A DNA stretch of 63,932 nt, the filler included, from Octopus bimaculoides (taxonomy: Eukaryota): assembly GCF_001194135.2 (NCBI RefSeq). It is 6 parts of 6 records of this genome, joined end to end, with 100 filler letters (N's around TTAATTAATTAA, not from the genome) between each part and the next. Parts side by side here need not be neighbours in the genome. Positions count along the whole stretch, not along the records: positions 47,287 to 53,225 come from NC_068984.1; positions 53,326 to 62,115 come from NC_069000.1; 4 more parts are not named here. One strand, given 5' to 3'. Shown here piece by piece: positions 48,622 through 60,800 of the stretch. The translations under genes were made by a program, and so were the position numbers. Under the pieces are notes generated by a model that saw nothing but the letters and a program-made list of their open reading frames with translations, did no database searches and was not told the DNA's origin. How positions within the stretch are numbered: the stretch's first letter is position 1; each line of letters starts with the position of its first letter.

Positions 48622-51600
48622 TTGGGTTAGGGTTAGAAGTTAGGGTTGGGGTTAGAAGTTAGGGTTAGAGTTAGGGTTAGGGTTAGAAGTTAGGGTTAGG
48701 GTCAGGTATAGGGTGAGGGTTAGGGTTAGGGTTAAGGTTAGGGTTAGATGTTAGGGTTAGGGTTAGGGTTAGGGTTAGGGTTAGTTTTAGGGTTAGGGCT
48801 AGAAGTAAGGGTTAATGTTAGGGTTAGATAGGATTAGGGTTAGGGTTAGGGTTGGAGTTAGGGTTAGGGTTAGAAATTAGGGTTAGGGTTACGGTTAAGG
48901 TTAGGTTAGAAGTTAGGGTTAGGGTAAGGGTTAGGGTTAGGGTTAGGGTTAGGGTTAGAAGCTAGGGTTAGGGTTAGGGTTAGGGTTAGCGTTAGGGTTA
49001 GAAATTAGGGTTAGGGTTAGGGTTAGGGTTACGGTTACGGTTAAGGTTAGGGTTAGAAGTTAGGGTTAGGGATAGGGTTAGGGTTAGAAGTTAGGGTTAG
49101 GATTAGGGTTAGGGTTAGGGTTAGGGTTGGGGTTAGGGTTACGGTTAGGGTTAGAAGTTAGGGTTAAGGTTAGGGTTAGGGTTAGGGTTAGTGTTAGTTT
49201 TAGGGTTAGGGTTAGTGTTAGTGTTAGGGTTAGGGTTAGGGTTAGAAGTTAGGGTTAAAGTTAGGGTTAGAGTTAGGGTTAGGGTTAGGGCTAGTGTTAC
49301 AAGTTAGGGTTAGGGTTAGAAGTTAGGGTTACGGTTAGGGTTAGGGTTAGGGTTAGGGTTAGGGTCAGCTTTAGGGTTAGGGTTAGTGTTAGGGTTCGGG
49401 TTAGGGTTAGATTAGGGTTAAAAGTGAGGGTTAGGGTTAGGGTTAGACTTAGTGTTATGGTTAGGTTTAGGGTTAGAATTAGGGTTAGGGTTAGGGCTAG
49501 GGCTAGGGCTAGGGTTAGGGTTAGGGTTACAAGTTAGGGTTAGGGTTAGGGTTAGGGTTAGGGTTAGAAGTTAGGGATACGGTTAGGGTTAGGGTTAGAA
49601 GTTAGGGTTAGGTGTAGGGTTAGGGTTAGGGTTAGGGTTAGGGTCAGTTTTAGGGTTAGGGTTAGTGTTAGGGTTAGGGTTAGGGTTAGGATTAGGGTTA
49701 AAAATGAGGGTTAGGTTTAGGGTTAGACTTAGTGTTATGGTTNNNNNNNNNNNNNNNNNNNNNNNNNNNNNNNNNNNNNNNNNNNNNNNNNNNNNNNNNN
49801 NNNNNNNNNNNNNNNNNNNNNNNNNNNNNNNNNNNNNNNNNNNNNNNNNNNNNNNNNNNNNNNNNNNNNNNNNNNNNNNNNNNNNNNNNNNNNNNNNNNN
49901 NNNNNNNNNNNNNNNNNNNNNNNNNNNNNNNNNNNNNNNNNNNNNNNNNNNNNNNNNNNNNNNNNNNNNNNNNNNNNNNNNNNNNNNNNNNNNNNNNNNN
50001 NNNNNNNNNNNNNNNNNNNNNNNNNNNNNNNNNNNNNNNNNNNNNNNNNNNNNNNNNNNNNNNNNNNNNNNNNNNNNNNNNNNNNNNNNNNNNNNNNNNN
50101 NNNNNNNNNNNNNNNNNNNNNNNNNNNNNNNNNNNNNNNNNNNNNNNNNNNNNNNNNNNNNNNNNNNNNNNNNNNNNNNNNNNNNNNNNNNNNNNNNNNN
50201 NNNNNNNNNNNNNNNNNNNNNNNNNNNNNNNNNNNNNNNNNNNNNNNNNNNNNNNNNNNNNNNNNNNNNNNNNNNNNNNNNNNNNNNNNNNNNNNNNNNN
50301 NNNNNNNNNNNNNNNNNNNNNNNNNNNNNNNNNNNNNNNNNNNNNNNNNNNNNNNNNNNNNNNNNNNNNNNNNNNNNNNNNNNNNNNNNNNNNNNNNNNN
50401 NNNNNNNNNNNNNNNNNNNNNNNNNNNNNNNNNNNNNNNNNNNNNNNNNNNNNNNNNNNNNNNNNNNNNNNNNNNNNNNNNNNNTAGATGTTAGGGTTAG
50501 TGTTAGGGTTAGGGTTAGGGTTAGTTTCAGGGTTAGTGTTAGGGTAAGGGTTACAAGTTAGGGTTAGGGTTAGGGTTAGGTTTAGAAGTTAGGGTTAGGG
50601 TTAGGTTTAGAAGTTAGGGTTAGGGTTAGGGTTAGGGTTAGCTTTAGGGTTAGGGATAGGGCTAGGGTTAGGGTTAGTGTTAGATGCGGTTAGTGTTAGG
50701 GTTAGGGTTAGGGTTAGGGTAAGAAGTTAGGGTTAGGGTTAGGGATAGGGTTACAGTTAGGGCTAGGGTTAGGGTTAGGGTTAAAAATGAGGGTTATGTT
50801 TAGGGTTAGACTTAGTGTAATGTTTAGGTTTAGGGTTAGAATTAGGGTTAGGGTTAGGGTTAGGGTTAGGGTTAGTGTTAGTGTTAGGGTTAGGTTACAA
50901 GTTAGGGTTAGGGTTAGGGTTAGGGTTAGGGTTAGAATTTAGGGTTAGGGTTAGGGTTAGGGTAAGAAGTTACGGCTAAGGTTAGTGTAAGGGTTAGGGT
51001 TAGGGTTAGGGCTTGAAGTTAGGGTTAGGGTTAGTGTTAGGTTTAGGTCTAGTTTTAAGGTTAGGGTTAGGGTTACGGTTACGTTTAGGTTACAGTTAGA
51101 AGTTGGGGTTAGGGTTAGGGTTAGAAGTTAGGGTTAGGGTTATGGTTAGAAGTTAGGGTTAGGTTAGGGTTAGGGTAGGGTTAGGGTTAGGGTTAAGGTT
51201 AGGGTTAGATGTTAGGGTTAGGGATAGGGTTAGGGTTAGTTTCAGGGTTAGGGTTAGGGTTGAAAGTAAGGGTTATGGTTAGGGTAAGGGTTACAAGTTA
51301 GGGTTAGGGTTAGGGTTAGGGTTAGGTTTAGGTCTAGTTTTAAGGTTAGGGTTAGGGTGAGGGTTACGGTTAGGTTACGGTTAGAAGTTGGGGTTAGGGT
51401 TAGGGTTAGAAGTTAGGGTTAGGGTTATGGTTAGAAGTTAGGGTTAGGTTAGGGTTAGGGTAGGGTTAGGGTTAGGGTTAGGGTTAGGGTTAAGGTAAGG
51501 GTTAGATGTTAGGCTTAGTGTTAGGGTTAGGGTTAGGTTTGCAAGTAAGGGTTAGGTTTAGGGTAAGGTTTACAAGTTAGGGTTAGGGTTAGGGTTAGGT

Positions 51601-53225
51601 TTAGAAGTTAGGGTTAGGGTTAGGGTAGGGATAAGGTTAGGGTTAGGGTTAGGGTTAGGGTTAGTTTTAGGGTTAGGGATAGGACTAGGGTTAGGGTTAG
51701 TGTTAGATGCGGTTAGTGTTAGGGTTAGGGTTAGGGTTAGGGTACGAAGTTAGGGTTAGGGTTAGGGATAGGGTTACAGTTAGGGTTAGGGTTAGGGTTA
51801 GGGTTAAAAATGAGGGTTATGTTTAGGGTTAGACTTAGTGTTATGGTTAGGTTTAGGGTTAGAATTAGGGTTAGGGTTAGGGTTAGGGTTAGGGTTAGGA
51901 TCAGGGTTAAAAATGAGGGTTAGGTTTAGGGTTAGACTTAGTGTTATGGTTAGGTTTAGGATTCGAATTAGGGTTAGGGTTAGGGTTAGAAGTTAGGGTT
52001 AGGGTTATGGTTAGAGTTAGGGTTCGGGTTAGGGTTAGAATTTAGGGTTAGGGTTAGGGTTAGGGTAAGAAGTTAGGGCTAGGGTTAGGGTAAGGGTTAG
52101 GGTTAGGGTTAGGGTTAGGGTTAGGGTTACAAGTTAGGGTTAGGGTTAGAAGTTAGGGTTACGGTTAGGGTTAGGTTTAGAAGTTAGGGTTAGGTGTAGG
52201 GTTAGGGTTAGGGTTAGGGTCAGTTTTAGGGTTAGGTTTAGTGTTAGGGTTAGGGCTAGGATTTGGGTTAAAAATGAGGGTTAGGTTTAGGGTTAGACTT
52301 AGTGTTATGGTTAGGTTTAGGGTTAGAATTAGGGTTAGGGCTAGGGTTAGAAGTTAGGGTTAGGGTTATGGTTAGAGTTAGCGTTAGGGTTAGGGTTAGA
52401 ATTTAGGGTTAGGNNNNNNNNNNGTTAGGGTAGGGTTAGGGTTAGGGTTAGGGTTACTTTTAGGGTTAGGGATAGGGTTAGGGTTAGGGTTAGTGTTAGA
52501 TGCGGTTAGTGTTAGGGTTAGGGTTAGGGTTAGGATTAGGGTTAAAAATGAGGGTTAGGTTTAGGGTTAGAATTTGGGTTAGGGTTAGGGTTAGAAGTTA
52601 GGGTTAGGGTTATGGTTAGAGTTAGCGTTAGGGTTAGGGTTAGAATTTAGGGTTAGGGTTAGGGTTAGGGTAAGAAGTTAGGGTTAGGGTAAGGGTTAGG
52701 GTTAGGGTTTGAAGTTAGGGTTATGGTTAGGGTTAGGGTTAGTGTTAGGTTTAGGTCTAGTTTTAAGGTTAGGGTNNNNNNNNNNGGTTAGGGTTAGTGT
52801 TAGATGCGGTTAGTGTTAGGGTTAGGGTTAGGGTTAGGGTAAGAAGTTAGGGTTAGGGTTAGGGATAGAGTTACAGTTAGGGTTAGCGTTAGGGTTATGG
52901 TTAGGGTTAGTGTTAGGGTTAGAAGTTAGGGTTAGGGTTAGGGTTAGGGTTAGGGTTAGAATTTAGGGTTAGGGTTAGGGTTAGGGTAAGAAGTTAGGGC
53001 TAGGTTTAGTGTAAGGGTTAGGGTTAGGGTTAGGGTTTGAAGTTAGGGTTATGGTTAGTGTTAGGTTTAGGTCTAGTTTTAAGGTTAGGGTTAGGTTTAG
53101 GGTTACGGTTAGGTTACGGTTAGAAGTTGGGGTTAGGGTTAGGGTTAGAAGTTAGGGTTAGGGTTATGGTTAGAAGTTAGGGTTAGGTTAGGGTTAGGGT
53201 AGGGTTAGGGTTAGGGTTAGGGTTA
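48622..53225 (+). repeat. Degenerate (TTAGGG)n telomere-type array, ~4.6 kb including gaps, with higher-order repeats
   Basis: Continuous ttaggg with variants (ttagaag, ttagtg, ttacgg, ttaagg, ttatgg); recurring diagnostic blocks; ends at a scaffold linker. Confidence 0.98.
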
Positions 53226-53377
53226 NNNNNNNNNNNNNNNNNNNNNNNNNNNNNNNNNNNNNNNNNNNNTTAATTAATTAANNNNNNNNNNNNNNNNNNN
53301 NNNNNNNNNNNNNNNNNNNNNNNNNGCCAAAACAACGCCAGATCATACATTCAAAATAAATGGAAGTGGAGAGACAA

Positions 53378-53418
53378 GTTACTGAAGAGATTGCAAGAGT
53401 GCAATGAAATAATTTAAC
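53378..53418 (+). ncRNA. Possible degenerate minimal hammerhead
   Basis: gtta/taac stem I, CTGAAGA, g-attgc/gcaat stem II lacking C11.1, GAAA, ATT triplet. Confidence 0.35.
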
Positions 53419-53569
53419 AAAAAACTATATAAATTAATAAAGGACTGAACCAGTGCGTGTGTTTATTACCGGCATAATGCCTCTCCCAAGGTTTAATTGT
53501 ATATATATATATGTGTGTGTGTGTGTTTGTATGTATGTATATCTGCGTGTATGTATGTATCTGTGTGTG

Positions 53570-53770
53570 TGTCTTTGTGTCTGTTTTGGTCCCCACCACC
53601 CACCACTTGACAACTGGTGTTGGTGTGTTTGCATCTCTCTAACTTAGCAGTTTGTCTAAAGAAACTGATAGAATAAGTACCTGTCTCAAAAGGAAATAAA
53701 AGTACTGGAGTCAATTCATTCGATTAAAAATAATTCAAGGCAGTGCCCCAGCATGGCCACAGAATAATAA
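53570..53770 (+). mobile_element. SINE family 1, 3' half
   Basis: cttgacaactggtgttggtgtgttt...gatagaataagtacc...ccccagcatggcc. Confidence 0.85.
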
Positions 53771-53814
53771 GGTGTATACACACATACACACACACACACA
53801 CACACACATACATA

Positions 53815-54455
53815 CAGGGTGCAATGAGTAAAAGTTGGTCATTCTGGTGGTTTACTGTCTGTTTGATGTCAAATTTCTTTTTATCAATGAACCCCAGGTT
53901 GGGCAGCATGCATTTAGCAATCTAACACAGGATAAGATGACTTCTCTCCTTATAAACTTGCGTGAGCTCATGACAGCAGATCATCTTGTAGGAGTGGGTC
54001 CTGAGATCCTCCTTCAGCTCTTGATAAATTGATGTTCAGCTTATTTTTGCTGTGACAGCCAGTTTTTTGACAGAATGACAAAGATTTTGCCATATCTTTT
54101 TTCTGGTACTTTTGATAAGCTGAGGAGTCTGCACACTTCTTTTTGGCCATGTCCAGGTTGATCAGCAGTGGAACCAGTCTCTTGAAATTTCTTGACAATT
54201 CTCCAGACTGTTTTTCGGTTAATTTCAAGCTTTTTTTTGCTATAGCTGTATTACTTTCACCTCCCTTGTGGAGGGTTATGGTGGTATTTCTGTCTAGCCA
54301 TTATCCATTTTATAAATCTGAATTTATTTAGTCTGAAACAAAAGGAGGACACACGAAGCTTTTATAATGAAGTATAATTCTCATATCTTATAACATTTAT
54401 TGATAGTTATTAAAGCCTCCTGAATCTTCAGTTGCCTTAATTTTGGGACACCCTG
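53815..54455 (-). mobile_element. Internally deleted Tc1/mariner-superfamily element (DD37D/maT-like) with CAGGGTG termini
   Basis: TA-cagggtg at 53813-21 and caccctg-TA at 54449-57. Minus strand LHKGGESNTAIAKKLEINRKTVWRIVKKFQETGST...ELKEDL...FIDKKKFDIKQTVNHQND. Confidence 0.8.
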
Positions 54456-54469
54456 TAGATATATATGGA

Positions 54470-54715
54470 AATATGTGTGTGTGAGTACCCTGGTCTTGAT
54501 ATCACATGATGGTTGTAAACGAGCATCAACACCATACAAGTGATGTTTGTTTCCAGTCTTCCATGAAAAGGATGTCTGGTTTTGGAAAAATGCAAACTTG
54601 TTTGGAAACAGGTGAGCGTTGGCAACAGGAAGGGCATCTAGTTGTAAAGAAATCTGCTTCGAGAAATTCTATCTGACCCATGCAAGGCTGCAAAAGTAGA
54701 CATTAAATGATGATT
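54470..54715 (+). mobile_element. Retroposon 3' fragment sharing a tail with 43570-43720
   Basis: gttggcaacaggaagggcatctagttgta...cccatgcaagg...gacattaaatgatgat. Confidence 0.6.
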
Positions 54716-54740
54716 GAGTGTGTGTGTGTGTGTGTGTGTC

Positions 54741-54775
<35 letters not shown>

Positions 54776-54776
<1 letters not shown>

Positions 54777-55020
54777 GAGGTGCATGGCTTAGTGGTTAGG
54801 GTGTCAGCATCATAATCATAAGATTGTGGTTTCGATCGCTGGACCTGGCAACGCATTGTGTCCTTGAGCAAGACACTTCATTTCACGTTGCTCCAGTCCA
54901 CTCAGCTGGCAAAGATGAGTAACACTGCGATGGACTGGCATCCCATCCAGCTGGGGAATACATACGCCATTGAAACTGGGCCCATGAGCCTAGCTAGGCT
55001 TTAAAAGGGCGCATTTATTT
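54776..55020 (+). mobile_element. SINE family 3
   Basis: Near-identical to 30612-30860. Confidence 0.88.
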
Positions 55021-55269
55021 ATATATATATATACGTTTTGTTTGCAATGTCCTGTACCCACATATGCACCTCTATATACAGGTAGACAGACGTAGGTATG
55101 CACATACCTGTACGTATATATGCATATATTCATTTGTTTTTATATATATATATATATATATATACATATACATACACATATATAGCAACTTTTTATGAAC
55201 AATTAAACTCACAGTGTAAGGTTGGTAGATTATTACTACAGTATAAAGACAAATTTAGGGATAATTTAG

Positions 55270-55498
55270 CATAAAAAGTAATGACTGGGATATTGCAAAA
55301 AAGCAAAACAACTGGAGAGGACAATGCCATATAGGACCAGTAGACTTTGAAGTACAAGAAGTCTATCACCATAACCTGTTACTTGAAAACAGAAAGCAAA
55401 ATGATCAAAATATGGAAAGTGTTGCAAACTGTCACTTTGTTGTGAGGTCAGTTGCTGGTTTAACTGGCCATCTTTGTAGTGATGCTGCTCAAAGTAAA
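55270..55498 (+). CDS. Probable internal exon of an unidentified host gene (229 nt)
   Basis: tttAG acceptor (55268-69) and GTAAGT donor (55499). Stop-free frame IKSNDWDIAKKQNNWRGQCHIGPVDFEVQEVYHHNLLLENRKQNDQNMESVANCHFVVRSVAGLTGHLCSDAAQSK, which stays open to 55585. Confidence 0.55.
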
Positions 55499-56149
55499 GT
55501 AAGTTTGACTTCTGCAACTTGTAATCAAGTGTGTAAAGCTCCTTCACAACTGAAAATAGATATGTGCAGTCATCAAATTGGATAAAATTCTTTGGACTTA
55601 TTGAAATTGTAAATAACAAAATCAAATTAACTGCATTGAAGAACTTTTATTGGTGGATGGTGTGTTTTTGTGTGTGTGATTCTTTAATATTCTTTAATAT
55701 TTCTACAGAAATATATCATTCATCAGATTTGTAGTATCAAACTTTGATGAAGTAATAGTAATGACACTGTGACAATGAAATTCACTGATGTTTTTACACT
55801 AAAGAAGTGGGTACCATTGTTATGAAATACAAGGAAGTATAGATAAGAATGCTTTTTAATCCTTTAGCATTCAGATTAGTCAGTCAAATGTAATGCTTAC
55901 TCATTCATATTGTTTTGAATTAATTATGCATTATCTTGTAGCTTTGAAATTTCTTTGTTGTAATTGTTTATTGTTTGAATGACATTGTCAGGTATGTATG
56001 AGAGACCAGATCTAGGTATTTTAAACATAAAATAGGTAGAATATTTTGGGACTGATGTGGCTGATTTAAATGCTAAAGGTTTAAAAATTCTGTTCTAGAA
56101 CACTATTACTCTCAAACTTCACTGTTTTTGTCCTGTATTGTTTCACTTT

Positions 56150-56980
56150 CCTGGAGGCCTTTTGACAATTTCTTGCTTATTAGAAAGTGAAACAACCCAC
56201 ACTACACAACAAAACCAGTAAAGTTTGGGGGTAAGAGTCTAATGTTTTGGAGATAGTTCAAGAAAGTTGGTTAAAATTGACAGTAACTTGAATAGTGCCA
56301 AATACATCCAGTTACTGAAGGACAATTTGACATCAGACTTGGATGAAAGTGAGAGTTTTCAGCATGACGGAACTCCATGACACAGATCATGTGCAACACA
56401 ACAGAATCTGGCTGGTGAAAGAGTTACAATATTAAAAGGTTGACCAACTCAGTGCCCTGACTTATATATCATCAAGCAAATGTAGACACAACTGAAAAGA
56501 AGAGTTCATCAGAAGAATCCATGCAATCTTGAAGAGTTGTGAGAGCTCAGCCACAGAGAATGGCATCTCATGCCTGTAAAAACGATGAAGGATTTGTACA
56601 CATCTCTTCCCAGGTACATTGAAGCAATTATTCAAGCTAAGGGAAGCCACATGAAATATTAACAATGTACAAGAACTTCTTGAAACGAACATTATGTAAT
56701 AAATTTTCATTACAGACATTTTTCTGTTTTCAAACACTGTATCTTGATTGGTTTATGTGAGGTGGGTGAAAACTTTTGCATGGCCATTTTTGTTGGTTGT
56801 CTTTCATCTTCCCTTCTCATTCAGAAACTCTACTGCGAAATATAATGATTAGGTATGGAAATGACTCCAACAGGGCCAATGTATCATGTGTACAAAATGC
56901 AATGTGAAACTTCCACTTATAAGTTGGCAATTAGTAGAAATTTACAATAAAGTGGCTGAAGACTTTTGCACGGTACTGTA
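56150..56980 (+). mobile_element. Tc1-like transposase C-terminal remnant with right TIR
   Basis: LNSAKYIQLLKDNL...FQHDGTP.H...P.QCPDL.II...SLPRYIEAIIQAKGSHMKY*; terminal acttttgcacggtactg-TA at about 56960-56979. Confidence 0.82.
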
Positions 56981-56989
56981 CATATATAT

Positions 56990-57150
56990 ATATGATGGGC
57001 TTCTTTCAGTTTCTATCTACCGAATCCACTCACAAGCCTTTTATCAGTTAGGGCTATAGTAAAAAAAACACTTGCTTAAGCTGCCATGTAGTGGAACTGA
57101 ACCTGAAACCGCATGGTTGGGAAACAAGCTTCTTACTACACAACCATACC
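56990..57150 (-). mobile_element. SINE family 1, 5' half
   Basis: gggcttctttcagtttctatctacc...ggaactgaacctgaaacc..tggttgggaaacaagctt. Confidence 0.85.
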
Positions 57151-57434
57151 TAAATTTCAGTAGAGAAAGAAAATTACCAGTGATTTACATACACATTCTT
57201 CTAATTTTTTTGCTGGTATCAGTCATTGCAGTGTACCACCTTGTAAGGTAAAGTTAATTACATTGACCCAATCACTTCTTTTATTGTCTTCGGTAAGATG
57301 AAAGACAAAGTATACCTGAATGGGATTATAACTCAGAAAATATAGAGGATTATAATCAGATTATAACAAAATGTGACGCTCCACCAACTCAACCTTCACC
57401 TTGTCAACTTATATATCATTATAAGTTTTTAAGA

Positions 57435-57845
57435 TGGTCTGTTGGCAGAATTGCAAAATATGTGAATTTTGTCTGTCTTCATGTTCTGAGTTCAAATGCT
57501 GCTGAGGTTGACATTGCCTTTTATCCTATCAAGGTTGATAAAATAAGTACCAGTTGAGTACAGGGGTTGATGAATTTGACTTATCCCCTCCCCCATAATT
57601 TCAGATCTTGTATCCGTAGAAGAACAGATTATTATTATTATTAAGGTACTGTGCTTGCAGAATCATTAGCCCACTGGGCATTTCATCTGCCTTTACATTC
57701 TGAGTTCAAATGCTGGCGAAGTCAACTTTGCCTTTCATCCTTTTGAGGTTGATCGAAAGTTGAGTACTGGAGTTGATGAAATCAACTAACCCTCCCCCTC
57801 TCCTATAATTTCAGGCTTTGCACCTATAGTAGAAAAGATATTATA
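57435..57845 (+). mobile_element. Two tandem SINE family 2 copies
   Basis: gttggcagaatt...ttctgagttcaaatgc..aggttgac...tttatcc...gataaaataagtaccag; repeated at 57650-57845 after a TTA spacer. Confidence 0.82.
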
Positions 57846-58449
57846 GTAAGTTTATCTTGCTCTTCAACTCTTTCTTCCTCATTTGTTATAAATACCCATT
57901 TGCTTTCTCTTATTTTCTGTTCTCTGCTGTTGCCCTTGTGCTTATTTTTAGAGATTCATTCCTCCTCTCTTGTCTTACCATTTCCAATATCCATGCTCAA
58001 TGTCTTTTTATTCTTTTGCTATCTTGCTTTATCTGTCATTCTTCTATATTTTATGAAGTCAAAGAATATAAAAAAATCAGATATTATTGTTGTGTATCAG
58101 AAGACAATTACACTAAAACACATACATTTGATAATTGAGATTTAAAAAAGATAAATTTTTGTTCTTCAAGAAGAAAAAAAGCTACATTGTTTGCCATTTG
58201 TCTACTTCCTTCCACCACAGTCACCCCTGCACACTCATTAAAGAACATCTCTATAACTCCATCACTTCAATAACAAACTATTATAGTTCTTAATATATCA
58301 CGTGTGAGTCTGTACTTGTGCCTATATCTCTATATAACATTCCTTAATTTCCTTGTGACCATTACTGTTTCGCCCCCCCCACCTCTCTATCTCTAATTTC
58401 GCCTTTTTTCCTTACCAATTCTTGACAACACTTTCATCTGCTAAACACT

Positions 58450-60100
58450 ATTCTCTTTCTATTTCTGTTATAGCTGTTCAAAATGGCAACGCAGATTGTT
58501 GATGTTTTCTTCCAGTATTTTTTTATCGCCTAAATTGCTTCCGTTAAGTAATTTCATTAGCTCGTGCGCTTCAGGCTTCTCGTAGGTGTTCTTTAGCTGT
58601 TTATGGGAAGGTATGAATTGTCCAGAAAATTAGCATCATATGATTCCATGTTCTTTCCAGCAACATCATCAGTTACTTTTAACATGAAGGCAGTTAGCAC
58701 AACGATGATTTAGAAAAAGTGAAACCATTGTTTCAAAATGCTCTTAAGTTCAATATATTCCATCGTTGTCCCTTCAGTGTCGAATTGTTTAAATGTGGCC
58801 GTCTCTCCCCAGTTCTTATATTAATCATTAAATCCAGAAATACAACAACACGAGGGATAACAGTAACAGCAGATCAATAATTTATTCTAGGTTGGTGTAG
58901 AGCCGTTTCGTTCCTGGGTGAACAGGCATGCCGCTAGAATACCAAGGAAGCTTCGACCACACGTCGGTATCGAGCTGAGAGATACATGTTGTCGCCACCG
59001 CTGCTAGAGAGAGAAAGAGATCGAACGCTATTGCTTTTTCTCCACCTGTTGCATTGCGCATGCAAAATAGATTCGTATAATATGCCTTGAAGTTAGCTTA
59101 TCACATTTTGATCCATTGGCTGGAGCAAAGAAGTTGTATTCTGCGGGGTATATTGCACTCTCACATTTCAGAAAGGTCATCTAAATTCGCTGGCTCGGTG
59201 CATTATCTAAAAGAAACAATGTTTTGTTGGAAATGTGTCTGGCATTGCACATTTCTACCTCTGGACAAAAAAACGTTTGTAAACCACTCTTTGAAAAGGC
59301 TCTTAGTCATCCATGTGGTAGATTAATCTTCGTGCTTAGATTTTCGGAGTTATACACATGTAGGGGCTTTAATTTCATATCACCAGCGGCATTTCCTCTT
59401 CAAAGAAGTGTCAGACGATTTTTGGAAGCTTTAAATCCTGATGCTGATATTTCTTTTCGAGAAATAAAGTTATAGTAGGTGTACGCTTCTGGAAAAAAAA
59501 AGCAGACTCGTCAACATTGTATACTTGTTGTGGTGTGTAACCCCTTTCAAGAATAATTTTCTTCAGCTGTTCAGGATAATTATTAACAGCCACTGTATCA
59601 GCGCTCGCAATTTCACCAATCACTTTTATGTCGTGCAAATTCATGCGCTTCTTAAGCTTTTCAAATCAGCTTACACAAGCCAAAATGAGGTTTTCATTAG
59701 AAGTTTCACCTTCCTTTTTATGCAATTAATCACATAAACTTTTGGCTCTCTTGTGAATTACCATCATGTTTATCGGCACATTACGCCGATTCTAATCCAC
59801 GATCTATGCACCCAAGAGTCTTTCTATTTTAAGCATTATATTAGATCTATGGTAAAATGAAGTCCGGACAGTTAACGGAGTAGCTTCTCGAGCACTTGGT
59901 ATGATTTTCTTTCTGTTGTCACATATTGTTCCCACTGTAGACGTTGCAAGATTTCATGTTTTGGCAAACTTCGTTTTATTTCCGCATCAAGCCTTTTTAA
60001 AACATCAAGTGTAATCCCTTCACGGTTCCTTTTCGCACTACTACCTTCAGGTCTGTTTGAGAGCTTCTTTCCAGACATCTTAAACTGAGCGGTGATTAAT
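58450..60100 (-). mobile_element. Tigger/pogo-like transposase remnant, interrupted
   Basis: Minus strand MSGKKLS...KRNREGITLDVLKRL; ASADTVAVNNYPEQLKKIILERGYTPQQVYNVDESAFF; GNAAGDMKLKPL.VY. Left boundary uncertain. Confidence 0.78.
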
Positions 60101-60439
60101 TACCTAGAAAGCTGTTCATATAGATATCTTCAAAAGTTAGTGAGTTGGTAGTGGTGATGATGTGGGTTGCATTGATTTAGATGTTAGTGATGGTGGGCAG
60201 ATATTATTGGTGGTGTAGCGATCATATTGTTCTTGCTAATTGTATTGTTGTGGCTGCTTAATCTGAAGTCAATCCTCATAGACTTAAGATCAAAGACGTT
60301 TCATTCAACTTTTAAAATACCCTAGGATACCACATTATATGTTTTTATTTGAAATAGATTTACTTATCTTCGTCATACTATATATTGCTGTTGCTGGTTA
60401 TGTTCATGTTAATGATAGAAACACACATACTCAAAGAAG

Positions 60440-60800
60440 ACTTTGATATAAAAAGCTCAGCGGTTCGAAAAAGTCTATGCATGGGTATGTTTCCCGAAAA
60501 CTTCAAGGAGACAGTAATATCGACATGAAACGTAGCCTCTCGTTGACTCGTAACTGCTACATCACATCACAATCCGAAGGCTATGCATTTGCAATTCAAG
60601 AACAGGAGATACTACAAGCAGCAGCGAAGCCCTTGGAGCTCCAGATGCGATCAAAAATGTAGATTATGTCATATTTCTGTAGAAGACATCATACATGGGA
60701 TTAGTCACTGACCCAAAATGGCATCAAGGTACTACCTCCGTTTGTGACACGACGTTGTCGCAAAAACAATACAACATTTGAAAAACAAAAACTGTCCTGC
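60440..60800 (+). mobile_element. R4/Dong-like 3' fragment (pre-RLE and CCHC region)
   Basis: MHGYVSRKL...EGYAFAIQEQEI...QKCRLCHISVEDIIH...PKMASRYY...HDVVAK. Confidence 0.6.

Noticed and set aside
55695-55730. Minus-strand CTGATGA...GAAA
   Set aside because: No stem II or cleavage triplet
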